Assembly (NCBI GenBank): GCA_045133615.1
Contig: JBGUUQ010000051.1
Coordinates: 22,197 to 86,196 of the forward strand
From: Muribaculaceae bacterium
GTDB lineage: Bacteria > Bacteroidota > Bacteroidia > Bacteroidales > Muribaculaceae
DNA: 64,000 nt
Direction of reading: 5' to 3'
Shown here: in pieces, positions 20,886 to 29,234 of the stretch
How the letters are laid out: each line of letters begins with the position of its first letter
Numbering within the stretch: the first letter of the stretch is position 1
The notes under the pieces: generated by a model
Seen by the model: the letters and a program-made list of their open reading frames with translations, nothing else
The model's database searches: none
Told to the model about the DNA's origin: nothing
Position numbers and translations under genes: made by a program

Positions 20886-21581
20886 ATGAGCATCGTTAGA
20901 TACACCGACGTCGAAATTCTGCGTAAAGAGCACGTAGTGCTCAAGCATGTCAACTTCGAACTGCAAGCAGGCGAATTTGCCTACCTCATCGGAAAAGTCG
21001 GAAGCGGCAAAAGCAGCCTCCTCAAATCCATGTACGCCGAAGTTCCCATATCGCAAGGTCACGCTCAAGTCCTCGACTTCGACATCGAGACCATTCGACG
21101 CAAAGACATCCCGATGCTCCGACGCTCCATCGGCATCGTATTTCAGGACTTCCAACTGCTCACCGACAGAAACGTCTACGACAACCTTCGTTTCGTGCTC
21201 GAAGCCACCGGATGGAAAGACAACAACGAGATTGACGAACGCATCGAAAGCGTATTGAAAGAAGTTGGCATGTTCAATAAAAGCTACAAAATGCCTCACG
21301 AACTTTCAGGGGGCGAACAGCAACGCATCGTAATCGCACGCGCTTTGCTCAATCGGCCCGCTTTGATTCTTGCCGATGAACCCACCGGCAATCTCGACCC
21401 CGCAACAGGCGAACAAATCGTCCGCCACCTCCATCGTATCGCTCAAGACGGCACCGCTGTCATCATGGCTACCCACAACCACGCCCTCGTTGACCAGTTC
21501 CCGGCAAGAGTCATCCGATGCGACAACAAGCAGATTATCGAAGGAGCCTTTCAATCCTCATCCGAGTCCGATGAAAATTGA
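20886..21581 (+). CDS. ftsE: FtsE-like ABC ATPase (no adjacent FtsX-like permease)
   Basis: 231 aa. It has Walker [10 protein letters not shown], signature LSGGEQQR and Walker [12 protein letters not shown]. Confidence 0.75.
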   Translation: MSIVRYTDVEILRKEHVVLKHVNFELQAGEFAYLIGKVGSGKSSLLKSMYAEVPISQGHAQVLDFDIETIRRKDIPMLRRSIGIVFQDFQLLTDRNVYDNLRFVLEATGWKDNNEIDERIESVLKEVGMFNKSYKMPHELSGGEQQRIVIARALLNRPALILADEPTGNLDPATGEQIVRHLHRIAQDGTAVIMATHNHALVDQFPARVIRCDNKQIIEGAFQSSSESDEN

Positions 21582-21644
21582 CTCGCTATCAGTCAAATCT
21601 TCCATATTTTTGACCGAAACAGCGGTAAATTGATGGCAAATTCG

Positions 21645-21652
21645 TATTTTTG
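21645..21652 (+). promoter_or_regulatory. candidate -7 box TATTTTTG for lysC-lysA
   Basis: Matches TAnnTTTG, 53 nt upstream of the lysC ATG. A second identical box lies at 21605-21612. Confidence 0.35.
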
Positions 21653-21705
21653 CAAAAATTTTTCGACAGATATTAATAACTATCACAAATTATAATTTCT
21701 AAAGA

Positions 21706-23028
21706 ATGAAAGTCCTCAAATTTGGCGGCACCTCAGTAGGGTCGGCACAGCGAATGAAAGAAGTAGCTAAGCTCGTCACCGAGCGCGGGAAAAACATCAT
21801 CGTACTTTCCGCCATGTCCGGTACAACCAACTCTCTTGTTGAAATTTCCGACTATCTTTACAAAAAGAACATCGACGGAGCCAAAGAGACTATCAACGCT
21901 TTAGAGCGTAAATACGCCAAAACCATCGATGAGCTTTACAACTCGCAAGAGTATAAAGACAAAGCACTCAAAGAAGTTAAAGCTTGCTTCAACTATATCC
22001 GTTCATTCACCAAAGACATCTTCACCCTTTTCGAAGAAAAAGAAATCCTCGCACAAGGCGAACTCATGTCTACGGCAATGATGAACCTCTACTTGCAGGA
22101 ACAAGGCATCAACTCCGAACTGCTTCCGGCGCTCGACTTCATGCGTACCGACAAAAACGCTGAACCCGATGCACAATACATCAAGCAAAAGCTCAGCTCA
22201 CAGCTCGAAAAGCATGCCGATGCCGACATCTACATCACCCAAGGATTCATCTGTCGCAATGCATACGGAGAAATCGACAACCTCCAACGTGGTGGTAGCG
22301 ACTACACCGCATCTCTCATCGGTGCTGCCATCAACGCCGAAGAAATCGAAATTTGGACCGATATCGACGGAATGCACAACAACGACCCCCGTTTCGTAGA
22401 AGGCACCGAGCCCGTAAGCCAACTCCACTTCGAAGAAGCAGCCGAATTGGCTTATTTCGGAGCAAAAATTCTCCACCCCACCTGCATACTCCCTGCAAAG
22501 CTCAACAACATCCCCGTCCGTCTGCTCAACACCATGCAGCCCGATGCTCCCGGTACACTCATCTACAACACCTCAGCATCATGCACCATCAAAGCCGTTG
22601 CAGCTAAAGACAACATCACCGCCATCAAGATTAAATCCGGCCGCATGTTGCTCGCCTACGGATTCCTTCGTAAAGTATTCGAAATATTCGAGACTCACCA
22701 GACTCCGATCGACATGATTACCACCTCCGAAGTCGGTGTATCTGTCACTATCGACAACGAGCGCAACCTCTCTGGCATTCTCGACGACCTCAAGAAATTC
22801 GGCACCGTGACCGTCGACAAAGACATGGTTATCATCTGCGTTGTAGGCGACCTCGAATGGCAAAACCGCGGATTTGAAGCCGAAGCACTCGATGCACTCA
22901 AAGAAATCCCCGTCCGCATGATTTCATACGGCGGTAGCAACTACAACATCTCATTCCTCATCCGTAAAGAAGACAAAGTACAAGCGCTCAATCTTCTTAG
23001 CGACCGACTCTTCAAAAACAAAAAATAG
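21706..23028 (+). CDS. lysC: aspartate kinase
   Basis: 440 aa. The N-terminus is MKVLKFGGTSVGS, and it has TDIDG....DPR plus C-terminal ACT domains. Confidence 0.92.
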   Translation: MKVLKFGGTSVGSAQRMKEVAKLVTERGKNIIVLSAMSGTTNSLVEISDYLYKKNIDGAKETINALERKYAKTIDELYNSQEYKDKALKEVKACFNYIRSFTKDIFTLFEEKEILAQGELMSTAMMNLYLQEQGINSELLPALDFMRTDKNAEPDAQYIKQKLSSQLEKHADADIYITQGFICRNAYGEIDNLQRGGSDYTASLIGAAINAEEIEIWTDIDGMHNNDPRFVEGTEPVSQLHFEEAAELAYFGAKILHPTCILPAKLNNIPVRLLNTMQPDAPGTLIYNTSASCTIKAVAAKDNITAIKIKSGRMLLAYGFLRKVFEIFETHQTPIDMITTSEVGVSVTIDNERNLSGILDDLKKFGTVTVDKDMVIICVVGDLEWQNRGFEAEALDALKEIPVRMISYGGSNYNISFLIRKEDKVQALNLLSDRLFKNKK

Positions 23029-23051
23029 AAAAAACGTAGCCTTTAATTAAT

Positions 23052-24197
23052 ATGGCAAACTTTCCAATAGGGGAGTTGCAACAACAGCGCACTCCCCTTT
23101 ATTTCTACGATCTAAGCCTCCTTCGACTCACTCTTGAGGCTATAAAAACATACTCTCCCGAACCTCACTACTGCGTTCACTACGCCATCAAAGCCAATGC
23201 CAATCCGGTCATTCTCAAAGAGATATGCGCCGCCGGATTCGGTGTCGATTGCGTAAGTGGGGGAGAAATCAATGCCGCACTCGCAGTAGGCTTCCCCGCC
23301 GACAAAATCGTATATGCCGGAGTAGGGAAGAGCGATTGGGAAATCAACATCGGTTTAGACAACGACATCGCATGCTTCAACGTCGAGTCAGCCCCCGAAC
23401 TTGAAATCATCAATCAACTCGCCGTAGCAAAAGGCAAAATCGCAAATATAGCACTCCGCGTCAACCCCAACATCGACGCACACACCCACCATTACATCAC
23501 CACCGGATTGGCTGAAAATAAGTTCGGAATCTCGATGGAAATGCTCGACACCATCGTTGACAGATGCCTCAATCTGCCCGCCATCAATCTCATCGGCTTG
23601 CACTTCCACATCGGCTCACAAATCACCGACAATGCCCCCTTCCAAATCCTCTGCGAGCGCATCAACGCTCTCCAAGACCATTTTGAAGCAAAAGGCATCA
23701 CCTTCCATAGCATCAATGTTGGAGGAGGTCTCGGCATCGACTACGACACCCCCGACGCAAACCCGATTCCCGACTTCAAAGGTTATTTTGAATCCTTCCG
23801 AAGCAACCTCAAACTACGCAGCAACCAACAGCTCCATTTCGAGTTGGGACGTTCCGTTGTAGCACAATGCGGTTCACTTATCACCCGCGTACTCTATGTA
23901 AAAGAAGGACTCGAAAAGAAATTTGCAATCGTCGATGCAGGTTTCACCGAACTCATTCGTCCGGCATTGTATCAGGCTCACCACAAAATCGAAAACATCA
24001 CAAGCAACGCCCCCGTCGACACCTACGACGTAGTAGGACCCATCTGCGAATCAAGCGACTGCTTCGGTGAAAAAGAGCAACTGCCAGGAGTCTCTCGTGG
24101 CGACCTTCTCGCATTGCGTTCCGCAGGAGCCTACGGCGAAATCATGGCATCGCAATACAACTGCCGCACACTTCCCGCATCATACTTCGCCGAATAA
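23052..24197 (+). CDS. lysA: diaminopimelate decarboxylase
   Basis: 381 aa. It has the fold-III PLP decarboxylase motifs (YAIKAN, HFHIGSQ, GGGLGIDY, GPICES.D), and lysC is adjacent. Confidence 0.9.
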   Translation: MANFPIGELQQQRTPLYFYDLSLLRLTLEAIKTYSPEPHYCVHYAIKANANPVILKEICAAGFGVDCVSGGEINAALAVGFPADKIVYAGVGKSDWEINIGLDNDIACFNVESAPELEIINQLAVAKGKIANIALRVNPNIDAHTHHYITTGLAENKFGISMEMLDTIVDRCLNLPAINLIGLHFHIGSQITDNAPFQILCERINALQDHFEAKGITFHSINVGGGLGIDYDTPDANPIPDFKGYFESFRSNLKLRSNQQLHFELGRSVVAQCGSLITRVLYVKEGLEKKFAIVDAGFTELIRPALYQAHHKIENITSNAPVDTYDVVGPICESSDCFGEKEQLPGVSRGDLLALRSAGAYGEIMASQYNCRTLPASYFAE

Positions 24198-24266
24198 AAT
24201 ATATTGGCGAATACGTCAAGGATAACAGATGTCGATAACGATTGCGAAGCAATCATTAGATAATAG

Positions 24267-24308
24267 CCGGGCATTGAAGTGCTTTCGTACTTCAATGCCC
24301 GGTATTTT
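24267..24308 (+). terminator. rho-independent terminator after lysA
   Basis: CCGGGCATTGAAGT-8 nt-ACTTCAATGCCCGG forms a perfect 14-bp stem followed by TATTTT. Confidence 0.75.
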
Positions 24309-24462
24309 CGCCTAAACAATTCAATTCTGAAAGAATTGTTATTGATTATCAATGAAATTACATCCATTCCTTTTGAAATTTCGAGCATCTCGAAGTCTGT
24401 TTGCAAATTAATGACACTATAACGAGAGAAATCACACAACAGGGCACACCTCCATAAGCCCT

Positions 24463-24495
24463 ATTTAACATAATGTAAGTTATAAGAAAAATATT
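24463..24495. repeat. attL: dif-like site ATTTAACATAA-TGTAAG-TTATAAGAAAA (+ATATT)
   Basis: It has 11-6-11 architecture. The left arm is the exact reverse complement of the E. coli dif XerD arm TTATGTTAAAT. Positions 24474-24495 are repeated perfectly at 31136-31157. Confidence 0.75.
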
Positions 24496-24496
24496 A

Positions 24497-24504
24497 TACA
24501 TTTG
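24497..24504 (+). promoter_or_regulatory. candidate -7 box TACATTTG at the left provirus end
   Basis: Matches TAnnTTTG, 29 nt upstream of the first provirus ATG (24534) and 2 nt inside the att repeat boundary. Confidence 0.4.
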
Positions 24505-24533
24505 CTCTCGTAATTCTAAAATCATTTACAAAC

Positions 24534-24740
24534 ATGAACAAACAAACGAAAAAACAAATCGATTTTGACCGCTACGACGCCGTCAATTTACGCGCTGAAC
24601 TTGAGATGCGCGATGATATTATTTTTGATTTGGAAGGCAAATATAATTCCCTTGTGATGTCTTACAACGCTTTGCTTGAATTTGTAAAAACCATTTTAAA
24701 TAATCCCGAACAATCAATTAAAATCTCAAAACTACAATGA
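24534..24740 (+). CDS. provirus small protein, 68 aa, helical/coiled-coil-like, function unknown
   Basis: It is the first ORF after the att site and candidate promoter, and its stop overlaps the next ATG (ATGA). Confidence 0.5.
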   Translation: MNKQTKKQIDFDRYDAVNLRAELEMRDDIIFDLEGKYNSLVMSYNALLEFVKTILNNPEQSIKISKLQ

Positions 24741-24901
24741 AACGTATCCAACTTGTATCCATCCTCATGGCAACCGCCAATCGTCCTCAAACAATCGCCT
24801 TTGAATCTTACGAAGCGTTCAGCAAGTGGCGCAACGAGAACTACAAAGACATTCTACAGTACACCGTCCAAGAAATCGACTTTGTATCAAATGAACTTTA
24901 A
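24737..24901 (+). CDS. provirus small protein, 54 aa (below the ORF-track size cut-off)
   Basis: My own translation is MKRIQLVSILMATANRPQTIAFESYEAFSKWRNENYKDILQYTVQEIDFVSNEL. It bridges the upstream ORF (ATGA overlap) and the M15 peptidase (11-nt overlap) without any gap. Confidence 0.4.
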   Translation: MKRIQLVSILMATANRPQTIAFESYEAFSKWRNENYKDILQYTVQEIDFVSNEL

Positions 24902-25271
24902 GTATTTCGTACCCGCAGAGTTTGAGTATTCAGAGACCGCAAAACAATTAGGTATCAACAACAAGATACCTAATTGCTTGTGGCTCAACCTACAAAACCT
25001 CGTTCTAACGGTCCTCGACCCCGCTCGTGAGCAACTCGGCTGCCCCATTCGAGTAAACAGCGGTTACCGCTCTTTTGAACTCAATAAAGCCGTCAAAGGT
25101 GCTAAGAACTCCTACCACATGCAAGCCCGCGCTGCCGATATTGCCCCCATTGCCTATCGCAACACCTCTGAAGAATGGCAAAATAAACTTGACCGCCTTT
25201 ATGATATTCTTCAGCAACTCCCCCACACTGAATTAATTAGATATCCAAATTTTATACATGTAGCCTTATGA
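24891..25271 (+). CDS. peptidase M15 family (zinc D-Ala-D-Ala carboxypeptidase-like), putative endolysin
   Basis: VNSGYRSFELNKAVKGAKNSYHMQARAADI ... FIHVAL matches the SGYR-N-GG-S-H-G-A-D ... HV metal-ligand pattern of M15A/M15_3 peptidases. The start is moved to the ATG at 24891 (MNFKYFVPAEF); the track start at 24753 is a TTG in the region occupied by the 54-aa ORF. Confidence 0.75.
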   Translation: MNFKYFVPAEFEYSETAKQLGINNKIPNCLWLNLQNLVLTVLDPAREQLGCPIRVNSGYRSFELNKAVKGAKNSYHMQARAADIAPIAYRNTSEEWQNKLDRLYDILQQLPHTELIRYPNFIHVAL

Positions 25272-25339
25272 AAAAAATCATCTCAATTCTCAACTTCATC
25301 ATCAAGATTTGTAAAGCAATCTTATCCATTTTCAAATGA
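25268..25339 (+). CDS. 23-aa cationic amphipathic/hydrophobic micro-ORF (MKKIISILNFIIKICKAILSIFK)
   Basis: My own translation. The ATG overlaps the peptidase stop (ATGA) and its stop overlaps the Rep ATG (ATGA), so it exactly fills the junction. Confidence 0.3.
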   Translation: MKKIISILNFIIKICKAILSIFK

Positions 25340-26940
25340 AACTCGAAAACTTTATAAGTAACTGCCGACAACCCCAAATCATCTACCGTAATGGACGGAG
25401 TATCTCCGTTCGTTGTGGTAGATGTCCTGATTGCCTCGCCTCCCGTTCCGCTCACCTCACTCAAATGTGCGTATCAGAGCAACGTAAATCTTTTGCTACC
25501 TTTTTTGCTACTCTCACCTATAACGAGTATAACATACCCCGCGCCCATGTTCTCCGTGAAACGCGTGATGATGGACGCTTACGAGTTACTTATATAGATA
25601 AAACCTCACGCCCAACCAAAACCCGCGGATTTAAGCTACTCCCCGAATATAATACCCCTCTCGCCTCTTTCGATGTTGCCGACCCCGCCAACTTCAACGA
25701 CTTTATACAAAAATCTTCAATATTACCCAAATATGCCACAAAGAAACAAATACAATACTACAAGACACATGAAATTGTTCGCTATATCCGTAAAAAGGAC
25801 ATACAGAACTTTTTTAAGCGCTTACGCTTCCGTCTTTCTCGCCTTGGCTACTCGCCGATTACGTTCTACGCTTGCGGTGAATACGGGCCCGACACCTTCC
25901 GTCCACATTTCCACATCTTGCTACACGTCTATGACTCCGAAACTTCCGCCATCATTGAAAAATTTGTGCGTGAAAGTTGGAAACTTGGAACTGTACGTAA
26001 ATTTTCCGCTGTTACCAAACCTTCGGACGTCTCAAGCTACGTTGCGGGCTATGTCAATTCCTTTACTCACCTCCCTCGTTATCTTAGGTTTGATGTCCTC
26101 AAGCCTTTTTCGTCGCATTCCGTTTACTACGGTACTTCGACTTTCGCACCACTTCGAGACTATCTTTATGAAAATCCCGACTGCTCCGCTTTTGAACATG
26201 ATGTACGACTACCTGACCAAACTGTTCATTACTTCCCTACCGCTTCGCTTATGCGTAGAATATACCCCCGATGCTACAACTATGACCGTCAAACTGATAC
26301 GGACCTACTTAAAATATATACATGCTTCACGAAACTATCACAAACGTACAATACAGACAAATGCACCGACCTCTCCTACTACCTCCTTACAGACTCCGAC
26401 AACTTCTACAATAGAACCCTCCTTAACCTCCTCGACATAGGAACCCCCCAACAATCCCCCTACTACTCCCTCTCTACTCTATCTAATAATTACTCCTCCC
26501 TCAATATAGATTTAATCCCCACTTCATGGGACCACTTCGCTACTCTCACCGAGAGTGAAATCGACGAATCGGTTTCACTCTCCTACCAACGTAAAATCTT
26601 TTCTCGTGTCTACTCCACTATTCTAATGTCCAAAAACTTCATAGAATGGAACTGTCAAAACTACTCTCCCCGCACCGTCTTGTCACTCATCAAGCAACAC
26701 TATCAAAACCACAGACTCGACCAACTCCGCCAACAACTTGAAGCACTTCAAGAATATAACTTAATCACATGTAACGATGACTACTCACTATTTTACCCCG
26801 CTTCCTCGACTACCGACCATTACAACTCTTTACTCTCATCATCTTCTTATATCAAGCACATCAACCACCAAAAAGATGTAAAGTATGAAAAAATGATTAA
26901 ACACAAACAACAAAATGACGCTAACTTAATATTTGTATAA
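25336..26940 (+). CDS. Microviridae replication initiation protein (VP4 / gpA-like rolling-circle Rep)
   Basis: 534 aa. It has an N-terminal CGRCPDC zinc-finger-like motif, motif I FFATLTY, the HUH motif HFHILLH (25906-25926), and a double-Tyr motif SYVAGYVNS that mirrors phiX174 gpA YVAKYVNK. Confidence 0.9.
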   Translation: MKLENFISNCRQPQIIYRNGRSISVRCGRCPDCLASRSAHLTQMCVSEQRKSFATFFATLTYNEYNIPRAHVLRETRDDGRLRVTYIDKTSRPTKTRGFKLLPEYNTPLASFDVADPANFNDFIQKSSILPKYATKKQIQYYKTHEIVRYIRKKDIQNFFKRLRFRLSRLGYSPITFYACGEYGPDTFRPHFHILLHVYDSETSAIIEKFVRESWKLGTVRKFSAVTKPSDVSSYVAGYVNSFTHLPRYLRFDVLKPFSSHSVYYGTSTFAPLRDYLYENPDCSAFEHDVRLPDQTVHYFPTASLMRRIYPRCYNYDRQTDTDLLKIYTCFTKLSQTYNTDKCTDLSYYLLTDSDNFYNRTLLNLLDIGTPQQSPYYSLSTLSNNYSSLNIDLIPTSWDHFATLTESEIDESVSLSYQRKIFSRVYSTILMSKNFIEWNCQNYSPRTVLSLIKQHYQNHRLDQLRQQLEALQEYNLITCNDDYSLFYPASSTTDHYNSLLSSSSYIKHINHQKDVKYEKMIKHKQQNDANLIFV

Positions 26941-26942
26941 CT

Positions 26943-28769
26943 ATGGCTAATAAACTTTTTCAAGAACTAAACTTAAAGCATAACCCCTCCCGTAACGGTT
27001 ATGACCTCTCCGCACCTTGCAACTTCACAGCAAAAGCAGGCGAACTCCTCCCAATCTTCCACCGTACCGTAATGCCCGGTGAAAAATTCCGCATCCGTAA
27101 ATCACACTTTACCCGCACCTCCTCCGTTAACACAGCTGCACAAACCCAAATTAAAGAGTACTTCGACTTCTTCTTTGTGCCTTACCGCTTACTTTGGAAA
27201 GAATCTCCCCAAATTCTCACCAACAATCTTAAGAACCCCGTTACCGCTACCTCTCCCACCTCCAACCGCTCTATCGGTACCGCTACCCCCCAATTCGACT
27301 ACGAAGCATGGCGCGACTCCGGACTTTCCATCCTTTCAACGCTTAAAAACGAATTCGGCTATAACCGTGCTGCCCTCTCCGCAAAGCTATTGAATCATCT
27401 TGGCTTCCCCTACATCTCCTCCGACCAAATTAAGGACCACGATTTCGATGACTACTACGGACCTCAGTACCTCTCCGCTTATCCCCTACTCGCGTATCAA
27501 TGCATCTATTATAGTTTCTTCCGTAACACACAATGGGAAACTAATCAACCCTATAACTATAATGTAGACTATCTTGGTACCTCCGCTATTCTTCCTATCG
27601 ACTTTGCCCTTTCCTCCTCATGGATTAACTATTGGAACAATCCTACCCTCTTTGACATCCGCTACGCCAACTACCCTAAAGACCTAATTTTCGGTGTATT
27701 CCCCGACGCCCAATTTGGTGACGAAGCCGTTGTCGACATCACCGGTTCTACTGTTGCATCCGACGACATTACCAACAATCCCGTAGTTGACTCCGACGGA
27801 AATGCCGTTACTGTCAATCCCAACGTTATCACCACAACCGCCGGCTCTTCAGATTCCCGCTATTACGCCAAAGGACTCCTCGACTCTACTGCCGACGGCT
27901 CACTTTATGCCCAACTCTCATCTCTCGAACAATCCTTGACCGCCAATTTCTCTATCCTTGAACTCCGCAAAGCACAATTTTTGCAAAAGTATAAAGAAAT
28001 CATCGGCTCCGGACGAAACGATTACAAAGCACGTATCGAAAAAATTTTCGGTACCTCCGTCTCTGACACCCTCGCCAATATACCTATCTACCTCGGTGGC
28101 GCCTCCTCCGTTGTCAAAATCTCCGAAGTAACAAACAGTAACCTCGCTGACGAAGACTCTGAAGCCCTTATCAAAGGAAAAGGTACCGGCTCAGGTGACT
28201 CCGACCTAATCGAATTTGAAGTACCCGCAGAACATGGACTAATCATGTGTATTTACCACTGCCAACCCGTTGTAGAATACTCCTTGACCGCCCTCCATTT
28301 CGACCTCGTTAAGACCGAATATGACGACTACGCCAATCCTATTTTCGACCAACTTGGCTTCGAAGAACTTCCGAGCTACTTCCTTGACTGTACAATCCCC
28401 CATGCTTATGATTATACTTCAGGCGGAACCCGCTACACAGGTGTAAATAACCTTGGCTACACTACCCGCTATTATGATTATAAGACCTCCCTTGGTCAAA
28501 CCCTTGGCGACCTCCGCGAAACTGATGTTAATTGGATAGCTCCCGTAAATCTCGACTATCTCAAAAACTACGTCTCAAACAATCGCTTATACATTAACGC
28601 CAACTTCTTTAAAGTAAACCCCGCTATCCTTGACCCCATTTTCTACCGTCAAGTTGGAACCTCCAACACTATCGACCGAGACTATGTAACCTCCGACCAA
28701 TTCAAAGTATTTTGCAACTTTGAAGTAAATGCAGTTCGTCCCCTCGACTACAACGGTGTACCCTATTAA
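26943..28769 (+). CDS. Microviridae major capsid protein (VP1 / F-like)
   Basis: 608 aa. The N-terminus (HNPSRNGYDLSAPCNFTAKAGELLPIFHRTVMPGEKFRI) follows the conserved microvirus capsid N-terminal pattern. Size and position after Rep are as in Bacteroidetes-associated microviruses. Confidence 0.88.
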   Translation: MANKLFQELNLKHNPSRNGYDLSAPCNFTAKAGELLPIFHRTVMPGEKFRIRKSHFTRTSSVNTAAQTQIKEYFDFFFVPYRLLWKESPQILTNNLKNPVTATSPTSNRSIGTATPQFDYEAWRDSGLSILSTLKNEFGYNRAALSAKLLNHLGFPYISSDQIKDHDFDDYYGPQYLSAYPLLAYQCIYYSFFRNTQWETNQPYNYNVDYLGTSAILPIDFALSSSWINYWNNPTLFDIRYANYPKDLIFGVFPDAQFGDEAVVDITGSTVASDDITNNPVVDSDGNAVTVNPNVITTTAGSSDSRYYAKGLLDSTADGSLYAQLSSLEQSLTANFSILELRKAQFLQKYKEIIGSGRNDYKARIEKIFGTSVSDTLANIPIYLGGASSVVKISEVTNSNLADEDSEALIKGKGTGSGDSDLIEFEVPAEHGLIMCIYHCQPVVEYSLTALHFDLVKTEYDDYANPIFDQLGFEELPSYFLDCTIPHAYDYTSGGTRYTGVNNLGYTTRYYDYKTSLGQTLGDLRETDVNWIAPVNLDYLKNYVSNNRLYINANFFKVNPAILDPIFYRQVGTSNTIDRDYVTSDQFKVFCNFEVNAVRPLDYNGVPY

Positions 28770-28791
28770 TTAACTTTTTAAATTATTCATT

Positions 28792-29232
28792 ATGGAAACA
28801 ACCACTTTACATTCATGCATGACTTACGGAATAAGTCATACTAAGGAATATAAACCCTCCGTAATTGCACCCTTTCTCATTGATAAAGATGCAGACGGTA
28901 AGTTTCTCAAGCGACATTCGGATGCTTATTTACTGCTCCGCCAAAACAGACTTCAGGAAACTATCGGTGCTGAGTCTATCCGCGCCTACCTCGACCAACA
29001 AAGAGCTATGCATGGTACCTCCCTCGTGCCTCACGACAATCTCTCCGACGAAGAACTTTTCAGCCTCATAGAGCCTAAGGAAGTCAACAACCTTACTACC
29101 GCTTATGAGTTTGCTAACTACCTTAAAGAGAATGGTGATAAGGTAAAAGCCAAACAAAAGGAAATCGTCAGTCGCAAAAATAGCCTCGCTGACTTCTACA
29201 AGAAAATCGGTTATAAATCTAACGACAAATAA
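28792..29232 (+). CDS. putative internal scaffolding protein (VP3-like)
   Basis: 146 aa. It is an acidic/helical protein located between the capsid and pilot genes. The assignment rests on position and size only. Confidence 0.45.
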   Translation: METTTLHSCMTYGISHTKEYKPSVIAPFLIDKDADGKFLKRHSDAYLLLRQNRLQETIGAESIRAYLDQQRAMHGTSLVPHDNLSDEELFSLIEPKEVNNLTTAYEFANYLKENGDKVKAKQKEIVSRKNSLADFYKKIGYKSNDK

Positions 29233-29234
29233 CT

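Noticed and set aside
21582-21705. A possible lysine riboswitch upstream of lysC.
   Set aside because: The spacer is only 124 nt, too short for an L-box, and I could not see its conserved helices.
24244-24250. A fifth GCGAAGC lies just left of attL, outside the provirus.
   Set aside because: A single copy is within chance expectation, so it was not used to extend the provirus boundary.
24131-24439. A 102-aa minus-strand ORF spans the lysA 3' end and the lysA terminator.
   Set aside because: It overlaps the lysA coding sequence and a perfect 14-bp terminator hairpin, and no motif is recognisable.
24749-24755. CAACTTG matches the first 7 nt of the phiX174 gpA nicking origin (CAACTTG/ATATTAATAAC).
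   Set aside because: Only the 7-mer matches and the following bases differ. About 8 chance occurrences are expected on both strands of 64 kb.
25673-26440. A 255-codon same-strand ORF, starting with a genuine ATG, is embedded in the provirus Rep gene. This is tempting because Microviridae are famous for overlapping genes.
   Set aside because: Host genes in this window show equally long spurious off-frame ORFs, so the base rate is high. The translation is Thr/Ser/Pro/Leu-rich and low-complexity. It would need evidence of synonymous-site constraint from related viruses.
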